A stretch of DNA of 64,000 nucleotides. Source: Sphingobium sp. Its GTDB lineage: Bacteria; Pseudomonadota; Alphaproteobacteria; Sphingomonadales; Sphingomonadaceae. The notes under the pieces were generated by a model, which made no database searches, was not told the origin of the DNA, and saw only the letters and a program-made list of their open reading frames with translations. The position numbers and the translations under genes were made by a program. Below are positions 25,372-34,740 of the stretch, piece by piece. The first letter of the stretch is position 1, and the number at the start of each line of letters is the position of its first letter. Location: positions 9,686-73,685 of the forward strand of contig NZ_JALDYQ010000013.1 of NCBI RefSeq assembly GCF_032153725.1, given 5' to 3'.

Positions 25372-26874
25372 ATGATTTTCGCCCGCCCCCGCCAGCTTCC
25401 TGCCCGCCTCGCCCTTGTCGCGATCATCCTTGCGGCAGCGATGCTGGCCAGCTGTTCGGACGAGGGCAGCGGGACGGTGACGGTCAGCGTCGTCGGCACC
25501 CCCGCCGATTTCGCCAAGCCGCTGGAAAACCTGCCAGATCCGGGATCGAAGCTGTTTCTGGAAACCACCGCGCAGGGATTGGTGGCCTTCGACGCCAGCG
25601 GGGAAATCCTGCCGGCCCTCGCCCAGCGCTGGATCGTGGAGGATGGCGGGCGCAGCTATATTTTCCGCCTGCGCCGCGCTTTCTGGCCGGACGGCAGCAG
25701 GGTCACGGCCAAGGATGTCGGACGGCTGCTGATGGCAAGGATCGAGACGTTGCGGCGGCTGGACCCGGACGGCCCGCTGGACGCCGTGCGGGATGTGGTG
25801 GCGATGACCGGCGAGGTGATCGAAATCCGGCTTGCCGCGCCCCGCCCCTATGTGTTGCAGATGCTGGCCCAGCCGCAAATGGCGATCCTGTCGCGCGACG
25901 GGGGAACCGGGCCCTACCGAAAGGAAATGCGGGGCAGGGCCCTGATCCTGATGCCGGTCGAGCGGGCGACGACCGAATCGGGGGATGAACTGCCGGTCCC
26001 CGCCTGGCAAAAGCGGATCGTCCGGGCGGAGCGGGCGGCGCTGGCCATCACCCGCTTCCAGCAGGGCCAGGCGGCGCTGGTGCTGGGCGGGCGCTTTTCC
26101 GACCTGCCGCTGCTGGTGCCCGCCGGGGTCGATCGCGACGATGTGCGGATCGACCCGGTGCAGGGATTGCTGGGGCTGGCGGTGACGGGTCAGGATGGGG
26201 ACAGGGGCAAGCTGCTGGACGATGCCGGCGTGCGCCGGGCGATCAACATGGCGATCGACCGCAGCCAGTTGCCGGCCATGTTTCCCGTCGGCGGCTGGGC
26301 CACGACCGAGCAGATCGTGCCGGAACAGATCGACCTGCCGGGGCCGCCCGCCGCGCCGGACTGGACGGGTCTGTCGCTGGAGGATCGCCGGGCGCAGGGG
26401 CAGGCTGTGATGAAGCGGTGGCATAGTGAGAATGGCGATCCGCCGGTGCTGCGCGTGGCCTTGCCCAAGGGACCGGGTTCCACCCTGTTGTTCGGGCTGG
26501 TGCGGCATGACCTCGGCATGATCGGACTGGCGGTGGAACGGGTCGATATGGAGAAGGATGCCGATCTGCGGCTGGTGGACGAGGTCGCGGCCTATGACAG
26601 CGCGCTCTGGTATCTGGGACGGATCGGCTGCGCGCGCAAAGTGCATTGTTCGGCGGAGGCGGACGCGCAGTTGCAGGCGGCAAGCCTTTCCAGCAGCCTG
26701 GCGGAACGCATGGCGCGCGTGGCGCAGGCCGAGGCGCTGATGCAGGCGCATAACGGCTTCATCGCGCTGGGGGCGCCGGTCCGCTGGTCGCTGGTGGCGC
26801 GGCGGCTGACCGGCTTCATGGCCTCCCCGCGGGCGCGACACCCATTGAACCATCTGTTCAGGAGCACCAATTAG
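25372..26874 (+). CDS. family-5 (peptide/nickel type) ABC substrate-binding lipoprotein, orphan
   Basis: ATG 25372, lipobox MLAS-C, about 500 aa with SBP_bac_5-like pattern. No permease or ATPase genes nearby. Confidence 0.8.
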   Translation: MIFARPRQLPARLALVAIILAAAMLASCSDEGSGTVTVSVVGTPADFAKPLENLPDPGSKLFLETTAQGLVAFDASGEILPALAQRWIVEDGGRSYIFRLRRAFWPDGSRVTAKDVGRLLMARIETLRRLDPDGPLDAVRDVVAMTGEVIEIRLAAPRPYVLQMLAQPQMAILSRDGGTGPYRKEMRGRALILMPVERATTESGDELPVPAWQKRIVRAERAALAITRFQQGQAALVLGGRFSDLPLLVPAGVDRDDVRIDPVQGLLGLAVTGQDGDRGKLLDDAGVRRAINMAIDRSQLPAMFPVGGWATTEQIVPEQIDLPGPPAAPDWTGLSLEDRRAQGQAVMKRWHSENGDPPVLRVALPKGPGSTLLFGLVRHDLGMIGLAVERVDMEKDADLRLVDEVAAYDSALWYLGRIGCARKVHCSAEADAQLQAASLSSSLAERMARVAQAEALMQAHNGFIALGAPVRWSLVARRLTGFMASPRARHPLNHLFRSTN

Positions 26875-26894
26875 GGGTTCTGGAGGACAGAAGA

Positions 26895-27317
26895 ATGGCA
26901 GTTTCGCAGGACCAGTTCGATCGGATGGTGCGCGACATGCCCGGATTCGGCCGGGACCCCGCTTCGGTGCGCAAGCGGATTCAGGCGATGGAAGCTCTGC
27001 TGGAAGGGCTGTTCGTCATTCCCGGAACCAACCGGCGCGTCGGGCTGGACAGCCTGATCGGGCTGGTTCCGGTGGTGGGCGATTTCGCCACGGCGGCGAT
27101 GGGCGCGTGGATCGTGTGGGAAGCGCGGAACCTGGGCATGTCGAAATGGCAGCTCACGCGGATGGCGGCCAATGTCGGCTTCGATACGCTGATCGGCGCC
27201 ATCCCCTTTGCCGGGGATGTTTTCGACTTCTTCTACAAGTCCAATAGCAGGAATCTGCGGATCATCCGCAGGCATCTGGATCGGCATCATCCCTCGACGG
27301 CGATTGTCGAGGGTTAG
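26895..27317 (+). CDS. DUF4112 domain membrane protein
   Basis: 140 aa. GLDSLIGLVPVVGDFATAAMGAWIV and DTLIGAIPFAGDVFDFFYKSN blocks are typical of DUF4112. Confidence 0.8.
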   Translation: MAVSQDQFDRMVRDMPGFGRDPASVRKRIQAMEALLEGLFVIPGTNRRVGLDSLIGLVPVVGDFATAAMGAWIVWEARNLGMSKWQLTRMAANVGFDTLIGAIPFAGDVFDFFYKSNSRNLRIIRRHLDRHHPSTAIVEG

Positions 27318-27346
27318 GATGCCATCCGCTTGCCGCAGTGCCGTAT

Positions 27347-28210
27347 TCAGCCAAAGGCGAAGTCCAGCCCGATATCGGCGGCCGGGGCCGACTGGGTAAG
27401 ACGACCGACGCTGATATAGGTGACCCCGGTTTCCGCTCTGGCGCGGATGGTGTCCAGCGTCACGCCGCCCGACGCCTCGGTTGGCACGCGCCCGCCCACC
27501 AATGTCACCGCGCCGCGCAGGGTAGCAGCGTCCATATTGTCGAGCAGCAAATGGGTGGCGCCCGCCGCCAGGGCGGGTTCGATCTGATCGATGCGATCCA
27601 CCTCCACGATGATGCGCCCGATCCCGGCGGCGGCGGCGCGGCGCACCGCTTCCCCGACCGATCCGGCGACGGCGACGTGATTGTCCTTGATCATCGCCGC
27701 GTCCCACAGGCCCATGCGGTGATTGGTCGCGCCGCCTTGCCGGGTTGCGTATTTTTCAAGGACGCGCAGTCCGGGAATGGTCTTGCGCGTGTCGAGCAGG
27801 GTCGCGCCGGTGCCCAGGATCGCATCGACATAGGCGCGCGTCAGGCAAGCGATGCCGGTCAGATGCTGAACGGTGTTGAGGGCGGACCGCTCGGCCGTGA
27901 GCATGGCGCGGGCCTTGCCCCGGATGCGCATGATGTCGGTGCCGGCCGATACGCGGTCGCCATCCTGCTTCAGCAACTCGATTTCCACATCCGGGTCGAG
28001 CGCGCGGAAGAAGGCGGCGGCGATGGGCAATCCCGCCAGCGTCACGGCGTCGCGGCTGTCCATCACCCCGTCGAAAAGCGCGTCTTCGGGAATCACCGCC
28101 TCGCTGGTGACATCGCGGCCATCCGGCCCCAGATCCTCGGCAAGGGTAGCGGCGACAAAGGCGTCAAGGTTGAAGCCGGGGAGCGAAAAGGTGGAAGAAT
28201 CAGCAGTCAT
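27347..28210 (-). CDS. nadC: nicotinate-nucleotide diphosphorylase (carboxylating)
   Basis: Track ORF trimmed to ATG 28210. 287 aa, TAERSALNTVQHLTGIA, DTRKTIPGLR, MIKDNH motifs. Confidence 0.93.
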   Translation of the reverse strand: MTADSSTFSLPGFNLDAFVAATLAEDLGPDGRDVTSEAVIPEDALFDGVMDSRDAVTLAGLPIAAAFFRALDPDVEIELLKQDGDRVSAGTDIMRIRGKARAMLTAERSALNTVQHLTGIACLTRAYVDAILGTGATLLDTRKTIPGLRVLEKYATRQGGATNHRMGLWDAAMIKDNHVAVAGSVGEAVRRAAAAGIGRIIVEVDRIDQIEPALAAGATHLLLDNMDAATLRGAVTLVGGRVPTEASGGVTLDTIRARAETGVTYISVGRLTQSAPAADIGLDFAFG

Positions 28211-28298
28211 GGCCGAGCGATGTGGCATAGTCGCCCGGTGGTTGACAGCCCCTGCCGCGTGATGGACCGGCTGAACGGCAGTTTTGAGGAGAGGAAGC

Positions 28299-28784
28299 AT
28301 GAGCGACGAACCCGAATCCGTCCGCGAGATATTCATCACGCGGCTGATCGATGCGCCTGCCCATTTGGTCTTTGCCGCCCATGCCGATCCGGCGCATGTG
28401 AAACGCTGGTTCGGGCCGGTCGGCTGGCCGCTCACCAAATGCGAGATGGATTTTCGCGCAGGCGGGCGCTTCCGCTTCCAGATGACCAGCGACGAGGGGG
28501 AATTGGGGCCGCCCTTTGGCGGCACCTATCTGGAGATCGTGCCCAACGCCCGCATCCGATACGACAATCGCTTCGAGGCGCCCGGATCGCCCGTGATGGT
28601 GACGACGATCAGCCTTGCCGAGGATGCCGAAGGGCGGACGCTGCTGACCCATCACACCGTTTTCCAGAACAAGGCGATGCGGGATGATTATCTGGGACAG
28701 GGTTTCGAGGAAGGAACGAATTCCGGGCTGGATCAGCTGGAAGGGGTCGTTGGCGGCCTGGTCGGCGAGATGGGCGGGGGCTGA
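28299..28784 (+). CDS. SRPBCC/AHSA1-family protein
   Basis: ATG 28299 behind GAGGAGAGGAAGC. RLIDAPAHLVFAAHADPAHVKRWFGP pattern of the Aha1/BPI-like SRPBCC fold. Confidence 0.85.
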   Translation: MSDEPESVREIFITRLIDAPAHLVFAAHADPAHVKRWFGPVGWPLTKCEMDFRAGGRFRFQMTSDEGELGPPFGGTYLEIVPNARIRYDNRFEAPGSPVMVTTISLAEDAEGRTLLTHHTVFQNKAMRDDYLGQGFEEGTNSGLDQLEGVVGGLVGEMGGG

Positions 28785-28802
28785 GCCCCTCGCCCCTTCC
28801 GT

Positions 28803-29798
28803 TCAGCGGTTGCCGAGATCGCCCTGGCCGACCGTCCCGCTCGCCATTTCCAGCATGCGGTCGAGGCTCTTCTTCGCACCGAGACGCAGTTCCTCGTCCA
28901 TTTCGATGCGCGGCTGGAGGTCGCGGAGGGCGAGGTAGAGCTTTTCCATCGTATTGAGCGCCATGTACGGGCAGATATTGCAGTTGCAATTGCCGTCCGC
29001 GCCGGGCGCGCCGATGAAGGTCTTTTCCGGCACCGCCTTCTGCATCTGGTGGATGATGTGCGGCTCGGTGGCGACGATCAGCGTGTCGCCCGCCATCTTC
29101 TTGGAAAATTCGAGGATGCCGCTGGTCGAGCCGACATAATCGGCATGGTCGACGATATGCGGCGGGCATTCCGGGTGCGCGGCGATGGGCGCGTCGGGAT
29201 GCTGGGCCTTCAGTTTCAGCAGTTCGGTTTCGCTGAACGCCTCATGCACGATGCAGACGCCCGGCCAGAGCAGCATTTCGCGGCCGAGCTTGCGCGCGAG
29301 GTAACCGCCCAGATGCTTGTCGGGGCCGAAGATGATCTTCTGTTCCCTGGGGATTTGCGAGAGTATCTTTTCCGCCGACGAGCTGGTGACGATGATGTCG
29401 GAAAGCGCCTTCACCTCCGCCGAGCAGTTGATGTAGCTCAGGGCGATATGGTCGGGATGGGCCTCCCGGAAGGCCTTGAACTGCGCGGGAGGGCAACTGT
29501 CCTCCAGCGAGCAGCCGGCGTCCATGTCAGGCAGCACGACGATCTTTTCCGGCGAGAGTATCTTCGCGGTTTCAGCCATGAAGCGCACGCCGCAGAAGGC
29601 GATGACGTCCGCATCCGTCTCCGCCGCCTTGCGCGACAGTTCAAGGGAATCGCCGACGAAATCCGACAGGTCCTGAATTTCCGGCTTCTGATAATAATGG
29701 CCGAGGATGACGGCATTGCGTTCCTTGCGCAGCCGGTCGATCTCCGCGCGCAGGTCGATCCCCTGCGGGATAGTGGTCATCGCAGTCATGTGCCTCAC
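28803..29798 (-). CDS. nadA: quinolinate synthase
   Basis: 331 aa. ILGHYYQ, three Cys ligand regions (FCGVRFM, INCSAE, CPYM). Start could be one of three nearby ATGs. Confidence 0.95.
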   Translation of the reverse strand: MRHMTAMTTIPQGIDLRAEIDRLRKERNAVILGHYYQKPEIQDLSDFVGDSLELSRKAAETDADVIAFCGVRFMAETAKILSPEKIVVLPDMDAGCSLEDSCPPAQFKAFREAHPDHIALSYINCSAEVKALSDIIVTSSSAEKILSQIPREQKIIFGPDKHLGGYLARKLGREMLLWPGVCIVHEAFSETELLKLKAQHPDAPIAAHPECPPHIVDHADYVGSTSGILEFSKKMAGDTLIVATEPHIIHQMQKAVPEKTFIGAPGADGNCNCNICPYMALNTMEKLYLALRDLQPRIEMDEELRLGAKKSLDRMLEMASGTVGQGDLGNR

Positions 29799-29934
29799 TC
29801 CTCTCGGCCTCCATGCGCGCCCCTAGCGGGCGTGGCGCCTGTTGGCCAGTACCTCGTTGATCGGCGTGGCGACGTCCCATGGGTCCCGCCGCCTTGCGGC
29901 TGACGCGCGGCATTGATCAGCCCTCCGTGGTGTT

Positions 29935-30825
29935 TCAGCGCAGCTGCCATCGCCCGTCCCCCGTCGCGGCGGCGATGCCGCGCCCGTCGAGGTCGATCAG
30001 ATGGGCGAGCACGGAACGGCCCGCCGCGCTGTGCAGGCGCGGATCGACGCCCTTGTACATTTCCGTGACCATATGGGGGATTTCCGACGCGCCATGCCGT
30101 TCCAGGAAACGCAGGATCTGGCCTTCGCGCTGCTTGCGATGCCCCATCATGCCACGCACCAGCCGCCGGGGGCTTTCCACCGGTTCGCCATGAGCGGGAT
30201 AATAAAGCACGTCATCCCGGTCGAGCAGCCGCTGCATCGAGGCCATATAGGCGGTCATGTCGCCATCGGGCGGCGAAACGACGCTGGTGGACCAGCCCAT
30301 CACATGGTCGCCGGTGAACAAGGCCCCTTCCTCCCGCAGCGCGAAGCAGAGATGGTTGGAAGTGTGGCCGGGGGTCGCGACCGCTTCCAGGGTCCAGCCG
30401 GCGCCCGTCACCTGCTCGCCATCCTTCAGCACCCGGTCGGGGCGGTAGGCGGCATCGAAGGCGGCGTCGGCGCGAGGACCATCATCCTCCAGCGTCAGCG
30501 GCGCGCAGCCAATGATCGGGGCGCCGGTCCGCGCGCCAAGGGGCGCGGCGGCGGGACTGTGATCGCGATGGGTGTGGGTGCACAGGATCGCCTTCAGCGG
30601 GCGGCCGCCAATCGCCGCCAGCAGCGCGGCGAGATGGGCCGGATCGTCCGGGCCGGGATCGATGACGGCCAGCTCTTCCGTGCCGACCAGATAGGTCTGC
30701 GTGCCCGTATAGGTGAAGGGCGAGGGATTGGGCGCCAGCACGCGTCCCACCCGTCGGGAAAGCTGCATCAGCATGCCCGCAGGAAGATCGGACGGATCGA
30801 AAGGAGGTGCCATAACCACCCTCAT
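29935..30825 (-). CDS. MBL-fold metallo-hydrolase
   Basis: 296 aa. THTHRDHSPAA (HxHxDH) motif and TPGHTSNH. Confidence 0.88.
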   Translation of the reverse strand: MRVVMAPPFDPSDLPAGMLMQLSRRVGRVLAPNPSPFTYTGTQTYLVGTEELAVIDPGPDDPAHLAALLAAIGGRPLKAILCTHTHRDHSPAAAPLGARTGAPIIGCAPLTLEDDGPRADAAFDAAYRPDRVLKDGEQVTGAGWTLEAVATPGHTSNHLCFALREEGALFTGDHVMGWSTSVVSPPDGDMTAYMASMQRLLDRDDVLYYPAHGEPVESPRRLVRGMMGHRKQREGQILRFLERHGASEIPHMVTEMYKGVDPRLHSAAGRSVLAHLIDLDGRGIAAATGDGRWQLR

Positions 30826-30903
30826 GTGCCCATTTCAGCGTGGTTTTCAAGGGCGAAGCGCAGGGGATTCCGTTTATGGCGACCATGCCCTATCATCGGC
30901 CGG

Positions 30904-31800
30904 ATGACGGGTAACGGCGATCTTTGCGAACAGTGGCGGCGGCATCTGGCGCTCGACCGGCGGCGCTCGATGCACACCGTGCGTGCCTATGTGGCGACGG
31001 CGGAACGGCTGATCGCCTTTCTGGAGGAGCATCGCGGCGAAGCCGTGACGGCCACGATGCTGGGGGGGCTGGAGCAGGCCGACCTGCGCGCCTTCCTGAC
31101 GGCGCGGCGGATGGACGGCATCGGCAATGGCTCGGCGGCGCGGGAATTGTCGGCGGTGCGGGGTTTCCTGAAATTCGTCGGCGGCGAGGACGCGCGCGTG
31201 CCGCCGCTCAAGGGGCCAAGGGTCAAGCGCGGGCTGCCCCGGCCGGTTTCGCCCGACGAGGCGGTGGCGCTGGCCGAGGATATAGCCGAAACGGCACGGG
31301 AGGAATGGATCGGCGCGCGGGACTGGGCGGTGCTGCTGCTGCTCTACGGGGCCGGGCTGCGCATCGGGGAGGCGATGGGGCTGACCGGGGCGGTGCTGCC
31401 CTTTGGCGAAACGCTGCGGGTGACCGGAAAGCGCGGAAAGACCCGACAGGTGCCGCTGCTGCCACAGGTGCGGCAGGCGCTGGAGCGCTATGTCGCGCTA
31501 TGCCCCTTTGCGGTGGAAAAGGATGCGCCGCTGTTCCGGGGCGCGCGGGGCGGGCCGCTCTCCCCTGCCCTGATCCGGCGCGCGGTGCAGGGCGCGCGGG
31601 GCAGGCTGGGGCTGTCGGACCGGACGACGCCGCATGCGCTGCGGCACAGCTTCGCCACGCATCTGCTGGGGCGCGGAGCGGACCTGCGATCGTTGCAGGA
31701 ATTGCTGGGCCATGCCAGCCTGTCCTCGACCCAGATCTATACGCAGGTGGATGCGGCGCATCTGCTCGACGTCTACCGCAACGCGCATCCCCGCGCTTAG
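30904..31800 (+). CDS. xerC: site-specific tyrosine recombinase XerC
   Basis: Only the last 298 aa of track ORF 30001-31800. ATG 30904. R..HxxR..Y catalytic pattern (LRHSFATHLL, LLGHASLSSTQIYTQV). The XerC versus XerD assignment is tentative. Confidence 0.88.
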   Translation: MTGNGDLCEQWRRHLALDRRRSMHTVRAYVATAERLIAFLEEHRGEAVTATMLGGLEQADLRAFLTARRMDGIGNGSAARELSAVRGFLKFVGGEDARVPPLKGPRVKRGLPRPVSPDEAVALAEDIAETAREEWIGARDWAVLLLLYGAGLRIGEAMGLTGAVLPFGETLRVTGKRGKTRQVPLLPQVRQALERYVALCPFAVEKDAPLFRGARGGPLSPALIRRAVQGARGRLGLSDRTTPHALRHSFATHLLGRGADLRSLQELLGHASLSSTQIYTQVDAAHLLDVYRNAHPRA

Positions 31801-31812
31801 GGTGATCCATCC

Positions 31813-32412
31813 CTAGCCGCGCGGCTTCCACGTCGCGAGGCGCCAGAGATAGAAGCCCAGCGCGCCCATCACGCAGACGGTGGCGGCGGGGCCGACATAT
31901 TTGTCGATATCCCGGAAATTCTGGCCGAGGATGAAGCCCGCATAGGCCAGGATGACGTTCCATACCAGCGCCCCGCCCGAGGTCCAGAGCAGGAAGCGGA
32001 CATGCCCCATGCGGAACAGCCCGGCGGGCAGCGAGATCATCGTGCGGAAGGCGGGCAGGAAGCGGAAGACGAACACCACGATCTGCCCATATTTACCGAA
32101 AATATGGTCGAGCGCCTCGACATCCTTCCATTCCAGCGTCGCCCAGCGGCCATAGCGGTCGATGATCGGCTTCAACCGGCCGAAACCCAGCACATGGCCG
32201 ATCAGATACCAGAAATAATTGCCGAGCGTGGTGCCGAGCGTCCCCGCGAGCAGCAGCCAGCCCATGTCCATCCGCCCCTGCCCGACGCGGATGCCGCCAA
32301 TCCCCATGATGAGTTCGGAGGGGATGGGCGGGAAGACATTCTCGATCACCATCAGGGCGAAGATGCCCCAATAGCCGCCCGCATCGATCAGGCGCAGAAC
32401 CCAGTCGGTCAC
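31813..32412 (-). CDS. DedA-family membrane protein
   Basis: 199 aa. ENVFPPIPSELIM signature and multiple TM segments. Confidence 0.88.
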   Translation of the reverse strand: MTDWVLRLIDAGGYWGIFALMVIENVFPPIPSELIMGIGGIRVGQGRMDMGWLLLAGTLGTTLGNYFWYLIGHVLGFGRLKPIIDRYGRWATLEWKDVEALDHIFGKYGQIVVFVFRFLPAFRTMISLPAGLFRMGHVRFLLWTSGGALVWNVILAYAGFILGQNFRDIDKYVGPAATVCVMGALGFYLWRLATWKPRG

Positions 32413-32452
32413 GGCACGTCATGCAGGCGGAAGCGGGGATGGCAGAAGGATT

Positions 32453-33427
32453 TCAAGCCGCTGCCCGCGCGGCCAGGCGGGCGTCGATCGCGTCCCAGAT
32501 CATGCCGCCGGTGTCGGTGCCGTTGAAGGCGTCGATCGAGACGATGCCGGTGGGCGAGGTCACGTTGATCTCCGTCAGCCATTCGCCGCCGATCACGTCG
32601 ATGCCGACGAACAACAGGCCGCGGCGCTTCAGTTCCGGACCCATGGCGGCGCAGATTTCCAGTTCCCGCTCGGTCAGCTCCGTCTTGGCGGCGGAGCCCC
32701 CGACCGCGAGGTTGGAGCGGATTTCGCCCGCGCCGGGGATGCGGTTGATGGCGCCCGCGACTTCGCCGTCGATCAGGACGATGCGCTTGTCGCCCTGCGC
32801 GACGCCGGGGATGAAGGCCTGAACCATGAAAGGTTCGACCCAGGAGGATTTGAACAGTTCCACCAGCGCGGAGAGATTCGCGCCCGACTGCCCGACATGG
32901 AAGACGGCATTGCCGGCATTGCCGTAGAGCGGCTTCACCACCACTTCGCCATGCTCGGCGAGGAAGGACTTCACCTCATCCAGATCGCGGGTGATCATCG
33001 TCGGCGGCATGAAGCGCGCATAGTCGAGCACGAACAGCTTTTCCGGCGCGTTGCGGACGGAGGCGGGGTCATTCACCACCAAGGTTTCGGCCTGCACCCG
33101 CTCCAGCAAATGGGTGGCGGTGATGTAGCTCAAATCAAAGGGCGGGTCCTGGCGCATCAGCACCACGTCGACGTCGCGACCGAGGTCCAGCATTTCCGGC
33201 GCGCCGAAGACATAATGGTCGCCTTCGACCTTCTGCACCTTCACCGGGCGCGCCCTGGCCAGCACGCGGCCGTCGCGGTAGGTGAGATCGGTGGCGAGAA
33301 AATGATAGAGGCTGTGTCCCCTCGCCCGCGCCGCCAGCATGATGTGGAAGGTCGAATCACCGCCAATCTTGATCCCCTCCATCGGGTCCATCTGCACGGC
33401 GACGGTGAGCGGGTTGAGCTGGGTCAT
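32453..33427 (-). CDS. gshB: glutathione synthase
   Basis: Track ORF trimmed to ATG 33427 (MTQLNPLTVAVQMDP). ATP-grasp motifs, about 324 aa. Confidence 0.93.
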   Translation of the reverse strand: MTQLNPLTVAVQMDPMEGIKIGGDSTFHIMLAARARGHSLYHFLATDLTYRDGRVLARARPVKVQKVEGDHYVFGAPEMLDLGRDVDVVLMRQDPPFDLSYITATHLLERVQAETLVVNDPASVRNAPEKLFVLDYARFMPPTMITRDLDEVKSFLAEHGEVVVKPLYGNAGNAVFHVGQSGANLSALVELFKSSWVEPFMVQAFIPGVAQGDKRIVLIDGEVAGAINRIPGAGEIRSNLAVGGSAAKTELTERELEICAAMGPELKRRGLLFVGIDVIGGEWLTEINVTSPTGIVSIDAFNGTDTGGMIWDAIDARLAARAAA

Positions 33428-33476
33428 GGGCGCTTTCGATTCCTTCCAGTGCAGGCCAAAAACCGGAAGGCAGCCT

Positions 33477-33830
33477 TTACCCCCCGTGCCAGACATTGGC
33501 CAGATGGCGTGGCGGACGGCCCGGCGCAAGAAGCATCACGTCGATTCGCATGTCATCGCCCGGTTTTGCGAGATCGTAGAAGAGGATTTCCGCCGCCGCC
33601 GCGACGCGGGAGAGGCGGCGTGCGTCGATGGCGAGGTCAAGGTCAGCGGCGGTGGCGCGGGCCTTCACTTCCACGAAGGCCAGCATTTTACCGCGCCGGG
33701 CAACCAGATCGACCTCGCCCGCCGGGGTGCGCAGGCGGCGGCCGACGATCTGCCAGCCCTTGAGCCGCAGCCACCAGCCCGCGATGCGTTCCGCCTGCCG
33801 TCCGCGCTTTTCGGCGGCCTGTTTCTTCAT
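33477..33830 (-). CDS. yraN: YraN-family (UPF0102) endonuclease-like protein
   Basis: 117 aa. GEVDLVARRGKMLAFVEVKAR motif. ATGA overlap with the rsmI stop. Confidence 0.85.
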   Translation of the reverse strand: MKKQAAEKRGRQAERIAGWWLRLKGWQIVGRRLRTPAGEVDLVARRGKMLAFVEVKARATAADLDLAIDARRLSRVAAAAEILFYDLAKPGDDMRIDVMLLAPGRPPRHLANVWHGG

Positions 33831-34669
33831 CCCTTGAGTTCCATGGCGCGGGCGTAAAGGGCGCGGCGGTCGAGGCCGAGTTTTTTCGCGACCTCTCCTG
33901 CGGCCTTGGAGACAGGGAGGCGTTCCATGGCTTCGATCAGGGCCGCGTCGGCATCCTCGGCACTGGCGGGGGGCGCTTCCCCCGGAGGGCCGACGATGAC
34001 GACGATCTCACCCCTGGGCGGAGCGTCGGCATAACGGGCAGACAGTTCCGTCAGCGTGCCGGTGGCGGTTTCCTCGAAAGCCTTGCTGATCTCGCGGGAG
34101 ACGGCGGCTTCGCGGTCGCCCAGATGCCCGGCCATGGCGGCGAGGCTTTCGGAAAGGCGCGGGCCGCTTTCGTAGAAGACCAGCGTGGCGCGCAGGGCGG
34201 CGACTTCGGCAAGGGCGTCGCCGCGTGCCTTCTGCTTGGAGGGGAGGAAGCCCATGAACAGGAAGCGGTCGGTGGGCAGGCCCGACAAAGTCAGCGCGGC
34301 GATGGCGGCGCTGGGGCCGGGCAGCGTCGTGATCCTGCGCCCGGCGGCGCGGGCGTCGCGCACCAGCTTGTAGCCCGGATCGGAGATCAGCGGCGTTCCC
34401 GCATCCGACAGCAGCGCCACCGATTCGCTCGCCATCCGCTCGATCAGGCGGGCGCGCACCCCTTCGGCGCTATGGTCGTGATAGGGGACCATAGGCCGTT
34501 CCGACCCGGCATGGCGCAGCAAACGCGCGCTGACCCGTGTATCTTCCACGGCGACCACATCGGCCAGCCGCAGGACTTGCGCCGCGCGGGGGGTAAGGTC
34601 TGCAAGGTTGCCGATCGGCCCTGCAACGATGTAAAGCCCTGCCTCAAGCCTAGAAGTATCAGTTTCCAT
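33827..34669 (-). CDS. rsmI: 16S rRNA (cytidine1402-2'-O)-methyltransferase
   Basis: 280 aa. LYIVAGPIGNLADLTPRA, DTRVS, tetrapyrrole-methylase fold. Confidence 0.93.
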   Translation of the reverse strand: METDTSRLEAGLYIVAGPIGNLADLTPRAAQVLRLADVVAVEDTRVSARLLRHAGSERPMVPYHDHSAEGVRARLIERMASESVALLSDAGTPLISDPGYKLVRDARAAGRRITTLPGPSAAIAALTLSGLPTDRFLFMGFLPSKQKARGDALAEVAALRATLVFYESGPRLSESLAAMAGHLGDREAAVSREISKAFEETATGTLTELSARYADAPPRGEIVVIVGPPGEAPPASAEDADAALIEAMERLPVSKAAGEVAKKLGLDRRALYARAMELKG

Positions 34670-34740
34670 AAGGACGCCAGATGACAGAGACGGATGCCCC
34701 CCGGCAAGCGGACTTGTTCGCTTTGATAAAAGGGCTGGGG

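Noticed and set aside
25324-26853. 509-aa minus-strand ORF
   Set aside because: Antisense shadow of the family-5 substrate-binding protein gene. Pro/Arg/Gln-rich with no motifs.
29799-29934. NAD-type (nadA motif) riboswitch upstream of nadA
   Set aside because: I could not find the tandem stem-bulge domains. That motif is, to my knowledge, restricted to other phyla.
30001-31800. 599-aa plus-strand ORF
   Set aside because: The first 300 aa are antisense to the MBL-fold hydrolase gene. Only 30904-31800 is XerC.
30904-31800. Tyrosine recombinase as a marker of an integrated mobile element
   Set aside because: The sequence pattern and length fit chromosomal XerC. It is flanked by housekeeping genes. 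There is no attachment-site repeat, tRNA, or phage or transposon cargo nearby.
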